Assembly: GCA_977862235.1 (NCBI GenBank) | Contig: OZ374565.1 | Coordinates: 2,046,001 to 2,110,000 of the forward strand | DNA from: Dudresnaya verticillata | Taxonomy: Eukaryota | Direction: 5' to 3' | DNA length: 64,000 bases | Part shown: positions 24,900 to 37,520 of the stretch, piece after piece | How the letters are laid out: each line of letters begins with the position of its first letter | Position numbering within the stretch: position 1 is the first letter of the stretch | Translations under genes and position numbers: made by a program | The notes under the pieces: model-generated | Databases searched by the model: none | What the model saw: only the letters and a program-made list of their open reading frames with translations | Told to the model about the DNA's origin: nothing

Positions 24900-25376
24900 A
24901 CGTTTTCGTTGATGATCGTGGCTTTGCCCCGCACCCCCATGGCTTTGATATCCCAATCGTCAGCCCCCATTCTATTCATGACTCCACTGGTCGCGTTGCT
25001 GGCCCAGCAATTTCAGCCCGCGAACGCGTCAAACGCTTTTATTACCGCCGTGTATGTGCTAGTTTGGATATGGTTCTCCATCCTATGGTTGTAGATGTCT
25101 ATGGCCATGTTGGACCCGGCTTTGCGTTTGGCGCCCAACGTATTGCTAATTTCATTACCGGCAAGCGCGGGACCTCTCCGTCTACGGAGAAACCTCACCT
25201 CACTACTCGTTTACTCTCATTAGTTCTCCAATGCGTCGCGGTGAGTGTCAATCGGCACAAGCTAGCTCCACTGCCTCTTTACTGTAGCTCTGATTCCTAA
25301 ACACCCTTAAGAGAGAGATGGGGACCATTAAGGGGCTTCTCTCATGTTCTTCAATAAAGGTCTCTCTCTCTCTCTC
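24900..25376 (+). mobile_element. CRE-like 3' fragment
   Basis: DVYGHVGPGFAFGAQRIANF..VLQCVAVSVNRHK, ending AATAAAGGTCTCTCTCTCTCTC. Confidence 0.8.
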
Positions 25377-25399
25377 ATCAGATAAAGTCAAAATACCCT

Positions 25400-26180
25400 C
25401 CGCCTGTCGACAAACCTTACGCGATTGCTGCCGGCTTCCTTCCCCGGGTGAATTTGCGTTCTGCTTTTCCTATGGTGAAACTCATTGTGTGTACTGTACT
25501 ACTGCTGACAATTCCCAGCATCCTATGTTGGATATATACGGTCACCATGCCACTGTCTGTCGCGCTAAGGTCGGCACCATCCGACGTAATGATAATCTCC
25601 GTGACCGACTAGTGATCTTCTTTCGCAATGTCGCCCGCAACAACGGGCTCCGTGTCGAACTCGAACGCCATTTCTCGCATGAGGAGGAACAGGGTGGTGC
25701 CTTTATTGTCTCCTCTTCTCCTCGTTCAGCTTCAGAGCGGGGCCGTGATCAACGATACCTCCATCGCACAGCTGACGAAAATCCCGAGCTTCGTTGTGGT
25801 CAGCTTCGAATGGACGTTTTCGTTGACGAAGGTGGCTTCGCACCAACTGGTCAAGCGTTTGACGTCTCGGTCTCAACTCCCCATTATCGTCGCCTCTGCG
25901 AAAACAACCATTTCGAACTAGATAGAATCCGATAGCTATGGACATCTATGGATCTATGGGCCATGGCTTTGACCGCGGTGCGCAACGCATTGCGAATTTC
26001 CTTGCTGAGAAAAAAGGCACGTGCTCCTCTAGCGAGAAGGCCTCCCTTCTCACCCGCCTTATCTCCTTAGTATTACAGTGTGTCGCGGTTTCTGTTAACA
26101 GGAGCAAGCTTGTTGACCGCCGCGTTACCAAACGCGTGTATTAAGTCCCCTGAAGGGACTTACTCTGAATCATGCGATTA
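25400..26180 (+). mobile_element. CRE-like zinc knuckle and endonuclease fragment
   Basis: Motifs DIYGHHATVC, RRNDNLRD, RMDVFVD..QAFDVSV and DIYGSMGHGFDRGAQRIANF. Confidence 0.85.
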
Positions 26181-27048
26181 AAGGGATGCTTGCTCTTTCA
26201 ATTTGGAGATATGATTTGTCGATAACAATTCTCAATATAACACCCATCATCGACACTCTCCGACAAGAAACTCTACCCGTCTGGAAGTCTCCCGGCTGCA
26301 CCGGCATCTGCTTCCTGCTCTCTCCTTGTACGAATCACGTTTTTACAATAGTTCTGTTGAGCAAGCCCATCCACTTCATCAGACCCGTTTTGATTTGGAT
26401 TCTCATGCAAGTGCCCTCGCCTCGGCCTCACACACCAGACCACCGTGTCAGTGTGTCCGTGACGCAAATGTGCCAAGGAAACGCTCAAGTCACCACCCTC
26501 TCATACCCCTCAGGTGTCCTCCCCAGTGTCCTCCGATACCAGCATAGGAGATTGCGGGCTAATTAATCTCCCTACGGCACTGTACCCCATAAATTTACAA
26601 TGCAACTAATCTTCGCAAGGGGTTGCTGCCTGTACGCTCCCAGCGAAATCTGTGCCCGTTGCAGCTGTTCTTGGCGTTAGACTTCCTAAAGTCGACAGCC
26701 TCCTTCCCTGCTGAACCTAATATTGAGATGTCGGATCCTCTCATGCGAGATGAAACAGAGATTCTTGCACTAATTCGCAACGCCAGGATACAGCGATTGT
26801 ACGTGTGTACCGTAGCTGTACATGACAGGAAAAACAGTAGTATCATGGCTTGACCAGTGCTTCTCCATAGTGGGTTTGTGCCAGCCAATTTTGTTGACAG
26901 TCGTTTTGCAAGTCTGCAGCGTCTGCCACTCTCTACATTCTATAAGAAGCAGGCAGAGCAAGCGTTCCTCGATCAACAGCACAACGCTGCACATCAATTC
27001 TTGCAGACTTCATACGATCACCGTCAGTAAGCGCGAGTACTTTCTGGA

Positions 27049-28044
27049 ATGAAGGGTCTGTTCCTGGCAGGCATTTGTGTCCTGCAGTTCTTCGTCACTC
27101 AGGCTTGCAGAGTACACAACCCCCCTCCGCCGCCGCGCCCAAGCACCAGCGCAAGACCTTCTTTCTCACCATCTCCGTCACCGAAGCCAAACACCTTCCT
27201 GGGAACAGTTGAGCAAGGCTGCACTCCAGGCTCCATTACCTCTATTTCTCAGCTCCTCACTGATCCTACCAAGTGCGACCTGCCACTGGCCGGAGGCGGT
27301 TGCAACATTTGCAAGCTCCGACTCTACGCCCCGGAGAAGACCTCCTCACGCTTCCTCGTCCAGCCGCTTGGTGGCGAGTTTTCGACGACGCCTGATTCCA
27401 GTGGACACATTGAGGGCACTAAGTGCAGGTGTGACGAAGGATGCTACTTCCATCAGTCCTCCATCTCGCGTCTAGGAGGGTTCCCTCTTCCCAGCGGTCC
27501 GCATGCAGTTGGTACGTTTTCTGAGCCGTTTGCGTGCTACTCTGGTATTTCCATGCCCAGTGCCGCACCGCCGACATTCACCTATCTGATCTGGTGTGAG
27601 AACGACGGTGGTTGCCCGAACAATGTTGTGGCCCGCTACAATTTCCTCATCCGATTCGAGCTTCTGAGCCCGAACCGTCCCGCCGTGAAGAGCATTTTCG
27701 CTCCGAAGTTCGTGACGCTTCCAAAGACGAAATGCTTGCTCAGTGAGATTAATGAGAAGACCCGCAAATTCCTTACCGGAACCTCAGTCACGGGACCGAA
27801 GCCAACAAAGAATCCCAAACCCGGTAAGGGAAAGAAGGGCGAGTGTAAGAAATGCCGACGGGACAGAGACTGTGCTTCGGGAATTTGCTACAAGAAGAAG
27901 TGTCTTCTTTCTACCAGTGATGGAGACAAGGCTAGATGTGGTCTTGGACCTGGCACAGGTGGACCTGGCCCCGTTCCTGCACCTGGATCGTGCAACGGAG
28001 ATAAGAAGCTCCGGTCATGTGTGCGTCAATGCTTGTCAGCGTAA
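27049..28044 (+). CDS. Secreted Cys-rich protein, paralog A (331 aa)
   Basis: Signal peptide, Pro/Ser linker, Cys-rich core and a basic C-terminal Cys knot-like motif (CKKCRRDRDCASGICYKKKC). A paralog lies at 33345. Confidence 0.85.
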   Translation: MKGLFLAGICVLQFFVTQACRVHNPPPPPRPSTSARPSFSPSPSPKPNTFLGTVEQGCTPGSITSISQLLTDPTKCDLPLAGGGCNICKLRLYAPEKTSSRFLVQPLGGEFSTTPDSSGHIEGTKCRCDEGCYFHQSSISRLGGFPLPSGPHAVGTFSEPFACYSGISMPSAAPPTFTYLIWCENDGGCPNNVVARYNFLIRFELLSPNRPAVKSIFAPKFVTLPKTKCLLSEINEKTRKFLTGTSVTGPKPTKNPKPGKGKKGECKKCRRDRDCASGICYKKKCLLSTSDGDKARCGLGPGTGGPGPVPAPGSCNGDKKLRSCVRQCLSA

Positions 28045-28481
28045 TGATTATATGAGATCGCAAAGACTGAGTTTCATCTCTGCGATAATATGGCTTGGCG
28101 AGCATGATTAGCCTGACTTCTTTCGGCAGCATCACAAGTGTAGAAATCTTGAGAGCCGCTTACCAACAAAGACGAGTTTGCTTTTTAGTTCGTAATATCC
28201 GTTAAATGCATCGCAACTTATATTGTGAAGTGAAATTTCCCATCGCAGGGCTCTAGAGGAACAGTTCCCTTCCATGAAGAGAGAGTAAGTATTGGCATAG
28301 GAGTTTGGATCTAGCTTGGCTCACAATTATTGGATCATGTGGAGAGTAGTGCGAACATTTGTAGGATTGCGTCGACTGCCATTTGGGTATTGTCGAAGGG
28401 GCACAGTTTGACACAGAACCGCACAGAAATCCAGCAGCGACAAATCCATCTCCTGATGGCATTTGCGACGAGTTTAGAGTA

Positions 28482-29213
28482 CTATGTAAGACGGTAAAGA
28501 AGTTGTCGATAGTACAAAGGGATTTCGTCCCATTTCTTGAAGGAGCTGCAATCACTCAAAGAACGCAAGTTCAAAGGTAGAAACTCGTCTTGAACAGTCT
28601 GCTTCCCTTCAGGCTGAAGCTCAAGCAAATACTTATACCCAGGAATGGGTTCGGAACATGGACGACTACCAATTTTTGAGCTTCCCTTCAGTATCTCGGC
28701 CATTTCCGTGCCTTTGAACTTTCGCTCCACACGAAACGTAAACAGTATTATCGGACCATCTGTCGAATTTCTTGAGCCATTGAGCCGGACAGAAAGCCTG
28801 GAAACATTGTTCCGAGTGCTTGGGTACGCACCCTTGTATGGCACTGCAGATAAAAGCTGAGCTCTTACAACCAAATTGGCATTCTTCAAATGAGAGAACA
28901 TACTCCTTGCCCTCAATCCACCATTATGCCGATCGCCACTTTGATGCTTGCGACAATGCTTATTGCGGCGTTTATTCCGAGACCGAGTCTCAGCTTCCCG
29001 GCGGGGGTTTCTCTGGTTTCGTGTTCTTTTTCGAGTTCGTGGCCGTACATATCTCTGATTCCTTGCTCTTTTGTAAGTCCTTCGTTTAGTTGTGGCTCTT
29101 TTCTTTGTTCTTGTCCTTGTAATGTCTTTTTTTTGATGCAGAGATAAAGCTTCTGCTAACTGGAAAGAAATAAGAAACGTGAATGCGAAGAGGAGGATTA
29201 TGGAAAGCCTCAT
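28482..29213 (-). CDS. Secreted protein with an Arg/Lys-rich tract and a TIMP/NTR-like domain (243 aa)
   Basis: Signal peptide MRLSIILLFAFTFLISFQLAEA and a ~65-aa basic tract. The rest reads NANLVVRAQLL..FTFRVERKFKG..C..PGYKYLL..C..KWDEI..YRQLL, which follows the NTR/TIMP motif order. Confidence 0.7.
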   Translation of the reverse strand: MRLSIILLFAFTFLISFQLAEALSLHQKKDITRTRTKKRATTKRRTYKRARNQRYVRPRTRKRTRNQRNPRREAETRSRNKRRNKHCRKHQSGDRHNGGLRARSMFSHLKNANLVVRAQLLSAVPYKGAYPSTRNNVSRLSVRLNGSRNSTDGPIILFTFRVERKFKGTEMAEILKGSSKIGSRPCSEPIPGYKYLLELQPEGKQTVQDEFLPLNLRSLSDCSSFKKWDEIPLYYRQLLYRLT

Positions 29214-32200
29214 GAGCTGACCATGGTGTGCATCTTGATAAAAAGGAGGCGGGATGGCTTGCCGAAGGCGAGCAAGAATGATATTTTTCTTGCCGGGTAG
29301 CTGCTACTATCCATTCACCCATTTCTGCTGGCTCCGTATACTCTGACTTAGTATATTTTGAAGTCCCATTTGCTAGGGAATGGAAATGAGTATAGGGAGA
29401 ATAGGAAATTAAGCACATGTCCTGTGCGAAACGCGTGGAAGAGCACTGTGTTGGGGGTGAGGTGTCAAGACCAGAGCAGTGACTCTTTAAAGTTGCCTTC
29501 TTTTCCACGGACACCGCAGCAATGTATCGAAGCAAGCTAATGGAATTTTGCTTTGTGGCAAGAAAAACATGTCTCTTTTGGTGAAGGATGCCGCTTGGAA
29601 GAAATAATATTTGCCGAAGCATATACAAGTCAAAGAAATAGAATCCTTATCACAACCGGTAATGAAATAATGAATGCTATGAGCAAGTACAATATTTGAA
29701 TCGGAAACTGTTTGCTGTAATGTTTATTCATCGATAAAAAGCTGTGGAAGAACCGGTTGATCTTTATCCTCTGAATCGTTGGAGCTTTGGGTTCGAATCG
29801 ACAAATGAGCGAAGGAGCAGAGCTGCAACCGCATGGTCTGTTTACCCCATTAATAGACAAAAAATAGTTTCGCAATACTTAAGGCTGCGAGCGATGGGGC
29901 TTGTACGGATGTAAAGGTAATATAACAGGTCTCAACAGAAAAAATAATTAGCACTCTAAAAGGGTCAGAAGGTTTAAAAGATTTGTTGGTATTGTTGTAG
30001 ATCAGCAGAACCGCTGGCAGTGGTGACCTTAATCTAGTCTCCGAACTTGATAAAACGGACGAGGGAAGTAGCACAGAAATCGTCTACTAAGTGCTGCATG
30101 ACAGTTTTCTCGTAATTGAGGTGAATAACGTGCCCCCGGACAAGAGTTCGAAAGGTTGATATCATGATGCGTTTTACAGTGTTTTGATTTTTCATAGGAC
30201 TGCTCCAGGTAGGAATATATTTTCATTTGAGGCAGAAAGCCATCTTCAAGTGTTGTTATCAGCACCGTGATATCAAATGCCTTTTGTATTGTGTTTGAAG
30301 AAAGGGCAGAAGTGTGACAAGAAGAGCATCGGTTTCTGTATTTGATAAAATAGTGGTAAGGCACGTAACTCTATTTTTGTGGACTACCAACGAATTGGAC
30401 CAATGAAAATTCGACACCAGCGTGCCACACATTACATTGCAACTTGACCGGCGACGACACCTATTCTCGCTTGAAGATGCGGATCTCTGTAACAGTAAGA
30501 TACTCTGTATCTGCTCGCCTCAGGTTATTTTATCCTCAGCTCAGCAAACACATCACAAAAAGCACGCCAGAGATTATCAGATTACGGTATATTAATAGAG
30601 TTAAATCGAAACCTGTAAACCCGTTGTTGCGCACGCAGCCCTGTAGTTTCTCTCAGTACAGACGCTGAGCCATGAATTTAGTGGTTGCCAAATCGACTTT
30701 GGTTACGATAGCTGCTTCCTCTTCCGGGCACAAAACACTGTACGCCAGATTGCTTAGGGGTGCGGCTGCGCATGTCCATGCATCAAAGGCCTGTAAAGAA
30801 TTTCTACGCCGCTAAAAAGTTGGGGTAACATTTACTTGTCGTTGACGCGGACACCGGGGTGGCATCCACGTGTTTTCTCACAGCAGCGTCTGCAAATAGA
30901 TCCGTGTTTGAAGCAGAATGCCACCCGATTTAGCACGTGTCCCGGGAACAATTCTGGTTTACAGGTTGTTTTTGTAATGTCCCGCAATTGTACGCGAATC
31001 CTCCAGTCGCGCTGTGGCGAAAAATTACAAATAAACAACAAAACCGGGACTGAGGCTGAGCAGGTCTCAGAAGGTACGGAAAGATTGATCTGCTGATGAA
31101 TTGGACTGCTGCACGCAACACACATGCAACACACGGTGCAGTACGGGTTCATTTGTAGGTTTGTTGATTGCTGTAGCCCACATTTAAAGCGTGCCGTAGA
31201 GTTACGTACAAAGGGCGCACACTCGCGACGCATTTGCACGCTGTGTCCCCAACAGTCCCTCCCAGCCGCATCGGCTACTAGCCTGCTGACCAGTGCCTGA
31301 CTCCAACTTGCGAGCGCACACCGCACATCGAACCTACTCTGCATGCCGCTTGCAGTCTGAGACGCAGTACTGCTCGATACTCGGTAGCTAACTCGATACG
31401 AGTGCGTGAAAAGCACTTGAGCTTCTATTTTAGGCACACGCTATCTACGTTCTTCAACGCATTGCTACGACTGTGCTTGCCGAAACTAAAAAGAAGTCGT
31501 GTCCGACGCTTAATGCGGGCTTTGGGGCGGCGTGCTGCAGATTAAAGGGCAACAGCAAATATTATCATAAATAGCAGATATGTTATTGCCTCCTCGCTAA
31601 TTCCAACAAAACCGCTACAGTAACAGCGGCGCTCGTGGCCAACGTTTCCTGCCCGGTCCAAACCAGTAACCACCTTATCTTAGCAGGAAAATTCCTCTCT
31701 CTTTCTTTCTAAGAGCATTCTACAGCCAAGCTGACATGGTCTACATAACAATATATAATGTCAAACCTTTTTATAAACAGAAAACCAGTCCTCCTTCAAT
31801 ACAGAGATCCACATGGACCTCGACTAATATGTATTCGGAGAAAAGGTTTTATCGTCTGCGTTTCCCTGCCCACCCGGCCTAGTTTGCACTATAGCACGTC
31901 GGGTCGCAGCTAGTCCAAGCTGCAGTACTTTCCTCAAGGGCCGGGCTGGTGCCCGATCCTGACTGAAGGATTGTTTCCGGGAGGACTCGTGCCCAGGCCG
32001 TGAAAATGCAGTTCTAGATACCAAAAGACATACCAAAACAGTTTCAGTTTTACCTGCTACGCAACTCGCTCTGGTAGATGTGTTAGGCTATTAGCGATAA
32101 TTGCCATTTCTTGAATAGGCATATCATCGCGTCTGCGAAAATGGCAGCGTGTATTAGCAGACCGTCTTTATATTTCGCCCTGCAGCCTCCCCCTTCTGTA

Positions 32201-33344
32201 CCTATTTCTGTAAAGTCATTGTAGGGCTCTGGGCATTCTGGAGCACTTCTAAATAGCGGTCAAATAGGATATTTAACTCTGACAACGACATCGCCCTGGA
32301 GTGGTAACCGATGTGGCCTCAGAGGCTCTGAGACCAACAATCACTGCCTCTGTAATGCACGTCGAACCGTTAGGAAGTTATCTCGACCCTTTTCAGTAAG
32401 CGAGGCCGATAATCTGCTACCCATATTCTGCCAACCGACCAACAGTTGAATTCTCCTGCTCAGCGGATGGCTTGATTTTGGTTTCCATGTAGATCTCCTG
32501 GCTGGTTGTAAGGAGAATGGGCAACTTTATGGCGGGTAATGGGGAGCTCTACTAAACGCCCTCCAAACTGCAAAAAGAAGGGGAAACTCAACTGACTGTG
32601 ACTTTGGCAGGCGAGGCACAACCAGCTTGTGCTTGGGTGGATCTTCGCTTACAGCTTCTTGCGCATGTGCGGGCATCATCGCAGGCAGTTACGAAACAAG
32701 CTCTCAGACTGAACAATCAAAAAACACCAGGTCAAGTAAGCCTCTTGTGCTCATGGGCTGTTCGGCTCGTGAGAGATTCTCTGAAATTCTAAACGCTGTT
32801 GTCAATCGCTGACCATCGATGCCCCGACAATACGGTTAACAGGTAACATTGCCTCCGAAGGCACTGAGATTGGCTTGGATACCTGCAGCACCCGACAATT
32901 CTCTCTTGGTCTGACGAGAGCAATCTGCTACCTTCCGATGTCTTTCCGTGGATGATGCTAATGTGCCTTAGGCTGACAATAGGGCTTGAATTTTGCGAAC
33001 GCAAAACAGCTGCCAGTCATGTCGACAGCCTCCTAGTACCAGCCCGTGTTACGATTCGATTCTTCTTTGATGAGCTCAGAATTGCGTGAGAGAGGTTTGT
33101 AATGACTAGAATAACAAACAATACTGAATGCAGGGAAAATGTCCCTCCCGGTGTATCGCACTAATGACTTGAATTCTTCAATGCAGCCGATGGCTCTCTT
33201 ACTGAACCGATGTCGGACCTCACCAGTATATAACATCCAGTGCTTCATAAACATGCTCCTCCAACAACAGCTCAACATTTCCCATTGCAGCTTCCGACGA
33301 TCCATCCATCTATCTTTGTTCTCTAACCAGGGACATTTCTCGGG

Positions 33345-34325
33345 ATGAAGCTTCTCTTCCTAGCAGCCCTCTGCATCCTGCAGTTCTTCGTCACTAAGGC
33401 TTGCAGAGTACACAACCCCCCTCCGCCGCCGCGCCCAAGCACCAGCGCAAGACCTTCTTTCTCACCATCTCCGTCACCGAAGCCAAACACCTTCCTTGGA
33501 ACTGTTGAGCAAGGCTGCACTCCAGGCTCCATTACCTCTATTTCTCAGCTCCTCACTGATCCTACCAAGTGCGACCTGCCACTGGCCGGAGGCGGTTGCA
33601 ACATTTGCAAGCTCCGACTCTACGCCCCGGAGAAGACCTCCTCACGCTTCCTCGTCCAGCCGCTTGGTGGCGAGTTTTCGACGACGCCTGATTCCAGTGG
33701 ACACATTGAGGGCATTAAGTGCAGGTGTGATGAAGGATGCTACTTCCATCAGTCCTCCATCTCGCGTCTAGGAGGGTTCCCTCTTCCCAGCGGTCCGCAT
33801 GCAGTTGGCACGTTTTCTGAGCCGTTTGCGTGCTACTCTGGTATTTCCATGCCCAGTGCCGCACCGCCGACATTCACCTATCTGATCTGGTGTGAGAGCG
33901 ACGGTGGTTGCCCGAACAATGTTGTGGCCCGCTACAATTTCCTCATCCGCTTCGAGCTTCTGAGCCCGAACCGTCCAGCCGTGAAGAGCATTTTCGCTCC
34001 GAAGTTCGTGACGCTTCCGAAGGCCAAGTGTCTGGCTAGCGAGATTAATGAGAAGACCCGCAAATTCCTTACAGGTGACTCGGGTGTTGGACCTAAACCA
34101 GGGAAGACCCCAAAGCCAGGTAAGGGCAAGAAAGGCAAGGGAGAGTGCAAGAAATGTCGTCGAGGGAAGGACTGCTCTTCCAGAATTTGCTACGAGAAGA
34201 AATGTCTACGCTCCACTAGCGCTACAGACAAGGCAAGGTGCGGCCTTGGTGGCGACACTGGCGGTGGCTCTTGTGACGGTGGTAAGAAGCTCCGATCCTG
34301 TGTTCGTACTTGCCTATCTTCATAG
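33345..34325 (+). CDS. Secreted Cys-rich protein, paralog B (326 aa)
   Basis: Nearly identical to 27049-28044 over the first ~225 codons. The C-terminus is diverged but keeps its Cys pattern. Confidence 0.85.
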   Translation: MKLLFLAALCILQFFVTKACRVHNPPPPPRPSTSARPSFSPSPSPKPNTFLGTVEQGCTPGSITSISQLLTDPTKCDLPLAGGGCNICKLRLYAPEKTSSRFLVQPLGGEFSTTPDSSGHIEGIKCRCDEGCYFHQSSISRLGGFPLPSGPHAVGTFSEPFACYSGISMPSAAPPTFTYLIWCESDGGCPNNVVARYNFLIRFELLSPNRPAVKSIFAPKFVTLPKAKCLASEINEKTRKFLTGDSGVGPKPGKTPKPGKGKKGKGECKKCRRGKDCSSRICYEKKCLRSTSATDKARCGLGGDTGGGSCDGGKKLRSCVRTCLSS

Positions 34326-35492
34326 AATTAGTCCTGAAGAGGAGACGCTTTTGAAGTTCTCGTCGTAGCAACCTTGGAGAGTCCTCTACTCGTGACGCGG
34401 GAACTGTAGAGTGCATAGTGTGTGTGACCGTTAGACCACACATTGGTGAGTGCCCGTAAAAAGATCATGTCTATCTTTCGAATGAAAGAGAAGACTTTTT
34501 TTCAAGAACATGAGAGAACCCTGTAATGGGGCTTTGGAACCAGGTCTACCGCGAAGAGGTGGTGCAGCTCGAATAGCTTTTAGGGTTTGCAGACTGCCAG
34601 GTATCGACGGAAACTTCTTCAGCATGTTATTTTACAGCCTGGTTATGACTTGTGTGGATTTGCTCGACTACAAGAAGAAAGTCGCAGCAACGACAACGAC
34701 AACACAAACATGAAAGCCCTCTATCTTCTTCTAGTCCCCGTCTGTTGTCATCTCCACTCCGACGGCGTGCCCGAAGTTGATTCTGCCGCGAGGCTGGCGG
34801 GACTAAGGGGAGCCTGAGGAAGATACACAGCCCTCGCAATTCTTTTCCAAAATGTGACCCACGCGCGACGAGCCCATTATCCATGACCGTCACCTAGATA
34901 TCTAGAGCGTGAGACGAGATATCAGCAGAAGAAGCATGATAAACAACCTCAACATCCTCTACCGCTGCAAAACCCGGCCTGGATTGAAGGCTGTTAGCCC
35001 GACCTTCCATGTGGCGACCCTGTTGCTCTCTAGTTTTCTCAAAAGTACCCGAGTGACAAGCCTCTCAGGGAGCAAGCGAAACCCCAACGTGAACGGCTCT
35101 TGTAAAGTACATGTTCCCCATCCACGACTAGAAACTATGCATGTAATGGTTCCGTCTGCGCAGCTAAAGATGGCACTATTCGCCGTCATAAAGAATTGAG
35201 GGATCTCCTTGGTGCCGCCATTCTTTATCGATGATCGGGCTTTGTTTTACACCCGTATGATTTCAATGTTGTCGCTGTGAGCCCCCATTCCGTCTCTACA
35301 GGTAAATACCTTAATTAAGTTTCACCAGAGTAATTGTGAACAAGCAAAAAGCCTCCTCTGTTCTACTAGTAACCTGGTCCACTTTATTTATGAATCTAGG
35401 TTATTTTGCACTATGTGCAGTAATAGCGTGTACCATCTTAATTGCAGACAACAATAATAACATGGAAGAGTATAATAGAGAGTAGCAATTCT

Positions 35493-35950
35493 TTACACCA
35501 CGCTTCCTTCAAAGTGGTCACGGTACTGGGCTACATTGCCCTGAAGTTGAGAACAAATCTGCTTCTCTTCCCATAACCCACTCACATCCAAGGGCATACC
35601 GCAGATAACCATAGCGTTCCTGATAAAACTCAGGCCATTCTTATACCTCTGGCTATTAACGTGGGCAACTTCATCAGCAATGAGGGTAAGAAGCAGACTC
35701 TTTCTAGGGGTTTTCAACCGCCCGCTAGAGCCATCCACGGCAGCCAGACAGTTGCCGTTCTGGATCTGCTGATACATGAACGCCTCCCAACGGAGCTTTT
35801 ACGAATCCTTAACCTCTGATATTATGCATTGATCTGCAGGCTGAACCTTATCTGTAGAGTTGGCAGGAATTTTCCCAAGCTCTGTATTGATGTTTCTGAG
35901 AGCATCATGAACCGTATCTCTTTCATTATACCCAGAGCTAATATCCGCAT
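35493..35950 (-). mobile_element. pogo/Tc5-like DDE transposase remnant
   Basis: The minus strand reads KIPANSTDKVQPADQCII at ~35820-35880, resembling the DDE_1 motif P.N.T..LQP.D. It continues through an in-frame stop into the 35493-35777 frame. Confidence 0.6.
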
Positions 35951-36159
35951 ATAAAATGCTCCTCCGTTGACTAGGCAATGCCTAGAGCATTCGCGGTTCA
36001 GATTATACTGGAAAAATGCAATACCGTAACAAGTTAGGCAACCCGATTTAGCATGGATTAGGAATCCAATTTGTAAATAACCTGAACCAGGATATTTGTT
36101 AATCCACTTGAAATTCGAAATCCAACTTAATTACGTTATTTACCTGTAGATGGTCAACA

Positions 36160-37520
36160 CATCTTAGTCTCACTTCATAGCCACCATGAGAGCTTCCGGT
36201 GACATATCCATCTACCTGTACACATAGTATATATTATGTATTCAGTAGTCTGTTCAATTTCCTCTTCTTTGCTAAGGAAAATCATCACCACCTTTCTGAT
36301 CATATTTTGCAGAACGTCTCCTATTGATGAAACGCGTCTATGAAAGTGGAAGTTACGTGATCTGAAAGCAGCATGATAACTTTTCGGTTTCTGAAAGCAG
36401 CGTGATAACTTTTCGGGTTTGAGTGTAGTCTTTACGGTGTCTCAAGCCTAACAGCAAGCACTCTCTTTTATCTATTTTTCTCTATTTTCTCTACTGGCAT
36501 GTTTCTGGTCGGAATGGGTAGGACTTACCGGACAAGGCATGGTCTGAAGGTGAGGTGAAGGAGGTGCGTGCAGCTTGAACAAGCAGTGCGGCATTATTGA
36601 CCGTTTTCTTTCTTTTTCTGATCGGCGATTATTGGCCCGAGAAGCATTTTCAATGCGCGAATCAAAAGGCGCCTCCTCGAAACGCCATTTTCTTTAAAAT
36701 ATTATACGATTCCACACCCCCAATGTGTTCCAATGCTTCCACTGTCGAAGGACCGCTGTAATGTTCTGTAATGCCGACAACAGGTTGACCGACTTCCTTT
36801 ATGTTCTTCCCGCGTCATCGTCGACTCGAGCATAAAATTTCTGTTCAAGAAGCAATGCTTGTCAAGGTCTCCCTCTCTCTCAAGCCTACTGTCCGCACCT
36901 CACTCTTCCGCCATCCACCTGAGCTCTATTCACAACAGCCATCCTTGCTCTTTCCCTCCCCGCTCGGTTTTTTCTACTTCACCGTTGCTTTTCCTCGTCT
37001 CTCCCAATGCCTCACAAAAGAAGTCGAAGCAATAGCACCTCCTCAATGCCGCCGCCGTCCATGGTGCCTCGCTCGAAAGCCCTCCGAGTGGCTGCAGGGC
37101 AAGCCCCCTCCGACTCCCAAGCGGCTCCATCGCCTACGTCCACCCAACCGTCCGCGCCATCTCCCGTCGTCTTGCGCCGTCAGCATACCTGGTTCGACAC
37201 CCTGGAGCCAGAAATCATCTCGCGCATAGCAAACTCCATTGTTGGACGCGCTCCATCCTCACTCTCGCTCCGTACGCTCTCATCCTTCTCCGATGTGTCG
37301 CTCACGACGCTGTGCTACAACGCGAAACGAGGCCCTCAAGGCTTCCGAGTACACTCTTAGTGTCCATCGAGAGTGCGATATCAAGAATGGACAATCGCTG
37401 CTCTCCAACGGAGTCCGATTCCTCACTCTGCCGTCTGTCTACAGGGAACAGCTCCCTGTTGTGCTCCACGCTGTACGGAATTTCAATGCTCCATTCCTCA
37501 TGAGCGTTGAAATGACCTAC
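36160..37520 (+). repeat. Segment (upstream region plus 5' CDS) present three times
   Basis: TTAGT.TCACTTC...TCCATCTACCT through the gene start matches 41365-43270 (direct) and ~43900-45200 (inverted). Confidence 0.85.

Noticed and set aside
30832..31437. Cys-rich 201-aa ORF
   Set aside because: Non-ATG start, no recognisable motif and no codon-bias support.
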